A stretch of DNA of 46,158 nt, taken from contig JAMOTN010000018.1 in the NCBI GenBank assembly GCA_027062325.1, positions 1 through 46,158 of the forward strand, in the 5' to 3' direction. The notes beneath the pieces are model-generated. The model made no database searches. It was not told the origin of the DNA and was given only the letters and a program-made list of their open reading frames with translations. The translations under genes and the position numbers were made by a program. The DNA comes from a bacterium (GTDB taxonomy: Bacteria; JAMOTN01). Positions 42,458 through 46,158 of this stretch are shown here, piece after piece (within the stretch, counting starts at the first letter, position 1; every line of letters begins with the position of its first letter).

Positions 42458-42531
42458 TGGCGACCCTGGGAGTCGAACCCAGAACCCTGCGGGTATGAAC
42501 CGCATGCTCTCACCAGTTGAGCTAGGTCGCC
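42458..42531 (-). tRNA. tRNA-Met (CAT), elongator type
   Basis: GGCGACC acceptor stem, anticodon arm TGCGG-TTCATAC-CCGCA, GTTCGAC T-loop; CCA not encoded. Confidence 0.9.
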
Positions 42532-42563
42532 ACTTACTTTCCTCTATGCAATTCGGACCACTT

Positions 42564-42612
42564 AAAAAAGGAAGCGCCCTACCGGCCGACCATTGCCCTC
42601 AAGCGCCTCCTT
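42564..42612 (-). terminator. Terminator-like hairpin between tRNA-fMet and tRNA-Met
   Basis: Minus strand AAGGAGGCGCTT...GGGCGCTTCCTT followed by T's; unusually large loop (about 21 nt). Confidence 0.5.
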
Positions 42613-42628
42613 ATTGCCTTCTCAAAAG

Positions 42629-42702
<74 letters not shown>

Positions 42703-42707
42703 ATTCA

Positions 42708-42736
42708 ATAATATCAGCAAACCAGCTGCTAGTCAA
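42708..42736 (-). promoter_or_regulatory. Sigma70-type promoter of tRNA-fMet
   Basis: TTGACT(42736-42731)-17 bp-TATTAT(42713-42708), with an extended TG. Confidence 0.75.
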
Positions 42737-42851
42737 GTAGCAAAATCTACTTATGAAAATCCTCAGTGAAACTTATGAAACTTAAATTTAAACTAAAACT
42801 CTTTTAAAAAACCAGAAGGAGTACTTTAAATTTTCAACCTAAAATAAAAAG

Positions 42852-42937
42852 TGCCGGGGGCGGGACTTGAACCCGCACGGGGCGCCAACCCCAGAGGATT
42901 TTAAGTCCCCTGCGTCTGCCAATTCCGCCACCCCGGC
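42852..42937 (-). tRNA. tRNA-Leu (TAA)
   Basis: GCCGGGG acceptor, GGGGA-CTTAAAA-TCCTC anticodon arm, long variable arm, GTTCAAG; CCA not encoded. Confidence 0.95.
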
Positions 42938-42955
42938 ACTGGATACTACTCTTTT

Positions 42956-42984
42956 ATTTTAAACCACATTTCATTTCTCTTCAA
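42956..42984 (-). promoter_or_regulatory. Sigma70-type promoter of tRNA-Leu
   Basis: TTGAAG(42984-42979)-17 bp-TAAAAT(42961-42956). Confidence 0.6.
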
Positions 42985-42990
42985 GAGCTT

Positions 42991-44346
42991 TTAAATTTCA
43001 GCTTCACACAACACTTTATAAGCCTTATAAGTTTCCCATAAATCCACTTTAGATACAACTTCAAACGGTGAATGCATAGACCAAAGAGCTGGCCCCATAT
43101 CTAAAACTGGAATATTATCATCTGCCAAAATCATTGCCTCAGTTCCACCACCACCTTCATCAACTTTAGCAAAATCCCCAACTTGATAACGCACCTTTCC
43201 CTTATCAAGAGCACTCAAAACACTTCTGAATTTAGCTACCGGCAACTCAACACTCATCATCTTTCCAAAACCACCCAAGAACCTTTCAACGCAAACACCC
43301 CATCCTATTTTGAATCCACCCTCAGGATCGGTAGGCTCTGGGAATACTGGATCATAAGCAACTGTAACATCAGCAGATACTGCAAAACTTTCATTTGCTA
43401 ACTTTAAGTAGTTGTACTCTGTGGGCTCAACTCCCATTTTCTCCATCAATTCATATATAAACATTCTGAAAAATGCACTTCTCATCCCTACAATTCCAGT
43501 GCTTCCTATCTCCTCTCTATCAACTAGATAAGCTATCACTGTGCGCTTAGACCTTGAATCTATTGCCGCTTTAAAACCCGTATAACAGCATATTCTATCA
43601 TCATGCCCGTACGCTCCAATCAAAGATTTATCTACACCCAATTCAAAAGCTCCAAACGCTGGTACCAAAGATAAATCTGCAGCATACAAATCCTCCTTTT
43701 CTATCCCCATCTTCTTAAAATAGCTATAAACAGTCTTCAATATGGCCGGCTCTTTATCTCCATCATCCTTTTTCTTTTTATCCTCAGTGGGGAATGTTGC
43801 AAGTATTGCATCAAGTCTTTCTCCTGCAAATGCATCCTTCACCGCTTTGCCATCCTGTTTTCTATCAACGTGGGGGGCAAGCTCAGTGATAGTGGTGTAT
43901 ATTCCGCTTATTTTAATCTCTTTTCCGGATTTTGTTATAACTTTTCCTGTTAACTCAAGAGGGATAGTAAACCACTGATGCGGTTTAATTCCACCGTAAT
44001 ACTGGGTATCAAGTATGGCCAATCCATTCTTCTCCTTTAAAAACTTCATCTTCATATCAAGACGCGGACTATCTATGTGAGCAACCACAAAGTTAAACGG
44101 CAACTGTCCAATTTTTGCCACCGCAACAGTTCTTCCATGATGAACCTTGTAAACTATATCTCCTTTCTCCAACTTTTTAACTTTGTCCAACTCTTTGGCA
44201 CCATTTTTTTTCAACTCTTCAATAAAATAATCCACCGCAGATACAACATCTTTTACCTGACCTATAAACTCCTTGTAACTTTTTGAAAAATTCTCCATCT
44301 CTTTCCTTTCTTTAGCTGAATACTCAACATAAGGATGTTTTTCCAT
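42991..44346 (-). CDS. M18 family (aspartyl) aminopeptidase
   Basis: AHIDSPRLD, YYGGIK..QW, YGHDDR, DREEIGS, SADV, SMHSPFE. Confidence 0.92.
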   Translation of the reverse strand: MEKHPYVEYSAKERKEMENFSKSYKEFIGQVKDVVSAVDYFIEELKKNGAKELDKVKKLEKGDIVYKVHHGRTVAVAKIGQLPFNFVVAHIDSPRLDMKMKFLKEKNGLAILDTQYYGGIKPHQWFTIPLELTGKVITKSGKEIKISGIYTTITELAPHVDRKQDGKAVKDAFAGERLDAILATFPTEDKKKKDDGDKEPAILKTVYSYFKKMGIEKEDLYAADLSLVPAFGAFELGVDKSLIGAYGHDDRICCYTGFKAAIDSRSKRTVIAYLVDREEIGSTGIVGMRSAFFRMFIYELMEKMGVEPTEYNYLKLANESFAVSADVTVAYDPVFPEPTDPEGGFKIGWGVCVERFLGGFGKMMSVELPVAKFRSVLSALDKGKVRYQVGDFAKVDEGGGGTEAMILADDNIPVLDMGPALWSMHSPFEVVSKVDLWETYKAYKVLCEAEI

Positions 44347-44393
44347 CAATATCTACCTCCTTTCCAGATCCAGTTATTATTTACTTCCATAAA

Positions 44394-45701
44394 CTATTTT
44401 ATCTTAAAAACAACCACAACTATCGCATAAAGTACAGCCAAAACAGCTGCAACCAAATTCACATGCCAAGTATACTTAAACCAAGTTTTATTTGGAGTTC
44501 CTTCCATCTTCCCTAACTTTTCTATTATCGAGATAACATAAACATTAGGAGAAGAGCCTATGAATGTAAAATTTCCTCCAATTCCAACCCCCATTGCCAA
44601 AACCCACCAAAACGGCCCAACGTCAACCGTCTTTATACTGTTCAAAACCATAGCCATTGCCACGGTAAACGGAATATTATCCAGAAAAGCTGACAACCCT
44701 GCTGTAACACTTACTAATACAACTGCAGCAACAATAGGGCTTTTAGACAAAACAACTGCAAGCCAATTTGCAATCTGATTTATAACTCCTACTTCTTCCA
44801 GAGTTCCAACCAAAATAAAAAGACCTCCAAAAAACACTATCACGCTCCAATCAACCTTGGTAATAGCTTCCTCTCCCTTCACCTTTCCAACAAGCAAAAT
44901 TAAAGATGCCGCAATAAAAGCTATTAAATATTCGTGAATGTACTTAGAAATTGTGAAGAAACCTATGAACATCAAAACTACTATAGTAAGCTCTATTCTC
45001 AAACGCCAAATATTTCTTGCAATACTGGCTGCAAAACGCATCTCACTTAATTTATCAATTCGGCTTTGTTCAACCTCCGGAAATTTATCCTTAAACACAA
45101 AGTACACCACAATTAGTTGCAAGACGACCATTATAAACACTGCTGGGGCAATTTTAAATATAAACTCGTTAAAATCAAAACCAGCAGCAGAAGCTATTAT
45201 CATGTTTGGCGGATCACCTATCATAGTTGCAATACCGCTGACATTTGAAAACAATGCCTCAAGTACTAAAAATGGCACTGGTGAAACTCTTAAAAGTTTA
45301 CATGCAACTAATGTTACTCCACTAATAACAATAACAGCTGTCACATTTGCGAACACTGTTGATAAGAGGGCAATTGCAGCACTAAATGCCATCAGAAGTT
45401 TAACTGGGTGCCTACCGAATTTTTTTACCAGTTTAACTGCCATATATTCAAAAAGTTTTGTCTGTTCCAATACGTTCACTATTATCATCATGGAAAACAG
45501 CAGGATCAACGTTGCCCAATCTATGTGCTTTGCTATATCCTCTCCACTAAATAAATGAAAAAACTTACCCACCACTAAGCTCACAGCTATACCAAATAAC
45601 ACTGCTGTAATTCTATCAACAACCTTCTCTGTAAATATAAAGAGGTACACTATCAGAAAATTCACTATTATCAGTATTTTTCCAACTAAAGCCCATTCCA
45701 T
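44394..45701 (-). CDS. ArsB/NhaD/SLC13-type ion transporter superfamily permease
   Basis: IDWATL.LLFSMM, T.IGDPPNMII, VDWSV..FF.GLF, SAFLDNIP, GGNFT.IGSSPN. Confidence 0.88.
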   Translation of the reverse strand: MEWALVGKILIIVNFLIVYLFIFTEKVVDRITAVLFGIAVSLVVGKFFHLFSGEDIAKHIDWATLILLFSMMIIVNVLEQTKLFEYMAVKLVKKFGRHPVKLLMAFSAAIALLSTVFANVTAVIVISGVTLVACKLLRVSPVPFLVLEALFSNVSGIATMIGDPPNMIIASAAGFDFNEFIFKIAPAVFIMVVLQLIVVYFVFKDKFPEVEQSRIDKLSEMRFAASIARNIWRLRIELTIVVLMFIGFFTISKYIHEYLIAFIAASLILLVGKVKGEEAITKVDWSVIVFFGGLFILVGTLEEVGVINQIANWLAVVLSKSPIVAAVVLVSVTAGLSAFLDNIPFTVAMAMVLNSIKTVDVGPFWWVLAMGVGIGGNFTFIGSSPNVYVISIIEKLGKMEGTPNKTWFKYTWHVNLVAAVLAVLYAIVVVVFKIK

Positions 45702-45724
45702 AATAAAACCCCCTTTACACTTTT

Positions 45725-45753
45725 AACATACTCTACTTATAACTCATCGTCAA
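45725..45753 (-). promoter_or_regulatory. Sigma70-type promoter of the permease/aminopeptidase genes
   Basis: TTGACG(45753-45748)-17 bp-TATGTT(45730-45725). Confidence 0.6.
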
Positions 45754-45765
45754 ACAGTTTCCCCC

Positions 45766-45794
45766 TTGAAAAATACGCAAGGTAGTTTTAAAAT
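45766..45794 (+). promoter_or_regulatory. Sigma70-type promoter of rpsT
   Basis: TTGAAA(45766-45771)-17 bp-TAAAAT(45789-45794). Confidence 0.65.
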
Positions 45795-45826
45795 TATCTA
45801 TGCAGTAATAAAAGGAGGGATAGAGT

Positions 45827-46108
45827 ATGCCCAACACAAAGTCTGCAGCAAGAGCACACAGGAGAAGCTTGAAGAGGAGAATGCGCAACAAATCCATTAA
45901 AACCTTTATGAAAAATCTTGAGAAGAAGTTGCGCAGTGCAATTGAGGCCAAAAACGAAGAAGAAGCACGCAATCTCTTAAATCTCTACTACAAACACGCT
46001 GAAAAAACTGCCACCAAAGGTGTTTGGCACAAAAACAAGGCTGCACGTAAAAAGTCACGCCTTACTTTGCTCTTTAATAAGATGTTCCAAGCCGGCGTAG
46101 CTCAGTAG
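45827..46108 (+). CDS. rpsT: 30S ribosomal protein S20
   Basis: MPNTKSA..., RN.S.K..MK, KGVWHKNKAARKKSRL; SD AGGAGG. Confidence 0.97.
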   Translation: MPNTKSAARAHRRSLKRRMRNKSIKTFMKNLEKKLRSAIEAKNEEEARNLLNLYYKHAEKTATKGVWHKNKAARKKSRLTLLFNKMFQAGVAQ

Positions 46109-46158
46109 GCTAGAGCGGGTGATTCGTAATCACCAGGTCGAGGGTTCGATCCCCTCCG
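46091..46158 (+). tRNA. tRNA-Thr (CGT), 3' end beyond the window
   Basis: GCCGGCGTAGCTCAG, anticodon arm GGTGA-TTCGTAA-TCACC, T arm GAGGG-TTCGATC-CCCTC. Confidence 0.92.

Overview
AT-rich bacterial chromosome segment. The host is probably a diderm anaerobe and possibly thermophilic (inferred from gene content only). Almost all genes are on the minus strand. Contents, left to right: 3' part of an LptD-like gene; the rpsB-tsf-pyrH-frr-uppS-cdsA cluster, preceded by a t44/rpsB leader and a 30-aa bS22-type ribosomal protein gene missing from the ORF track; a TPR protein, methylmalonyl-CoA mutase catalytic subunit, radical SAM protein, BtuF-like protein and ispDF; a GH57/GGDEF/HD-GYP trio; iscU with a degenerate IscS-like partner; rnhB with a large insertion; ftsE-ftsX-envC-ctpA; a second GGDEF protein and metK; a plus-strand M48 peptidase with a GATase-like gene; a Na+-type F1Fo atp operon; a TauE/SafE exporter; three tRNAs; an M18 aminopeptidase; an ArsB/NhaD-type permease; rpsT and a truncated tRNA-Thr. 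The strongest candidate for a novel system is the atp operon. It encodes both a normal one-hairpin c subunit and a four-hairpin c subunit in which only one hairpin keeps the ion-carrying Glu, implying a hybrid rotor with three consecutive empty sites, and panD sits between the two c genes. Other highlights: the rpsT stop codon lies inside tRNA-Thr; the initiator tRNA has U1:A72 and looks leaderless; the IscS-like protein lacks the PLP lysine motif. No mobile elements or CRISPR arrays were seen. All calls come from motif recognition by eye, not database searches.
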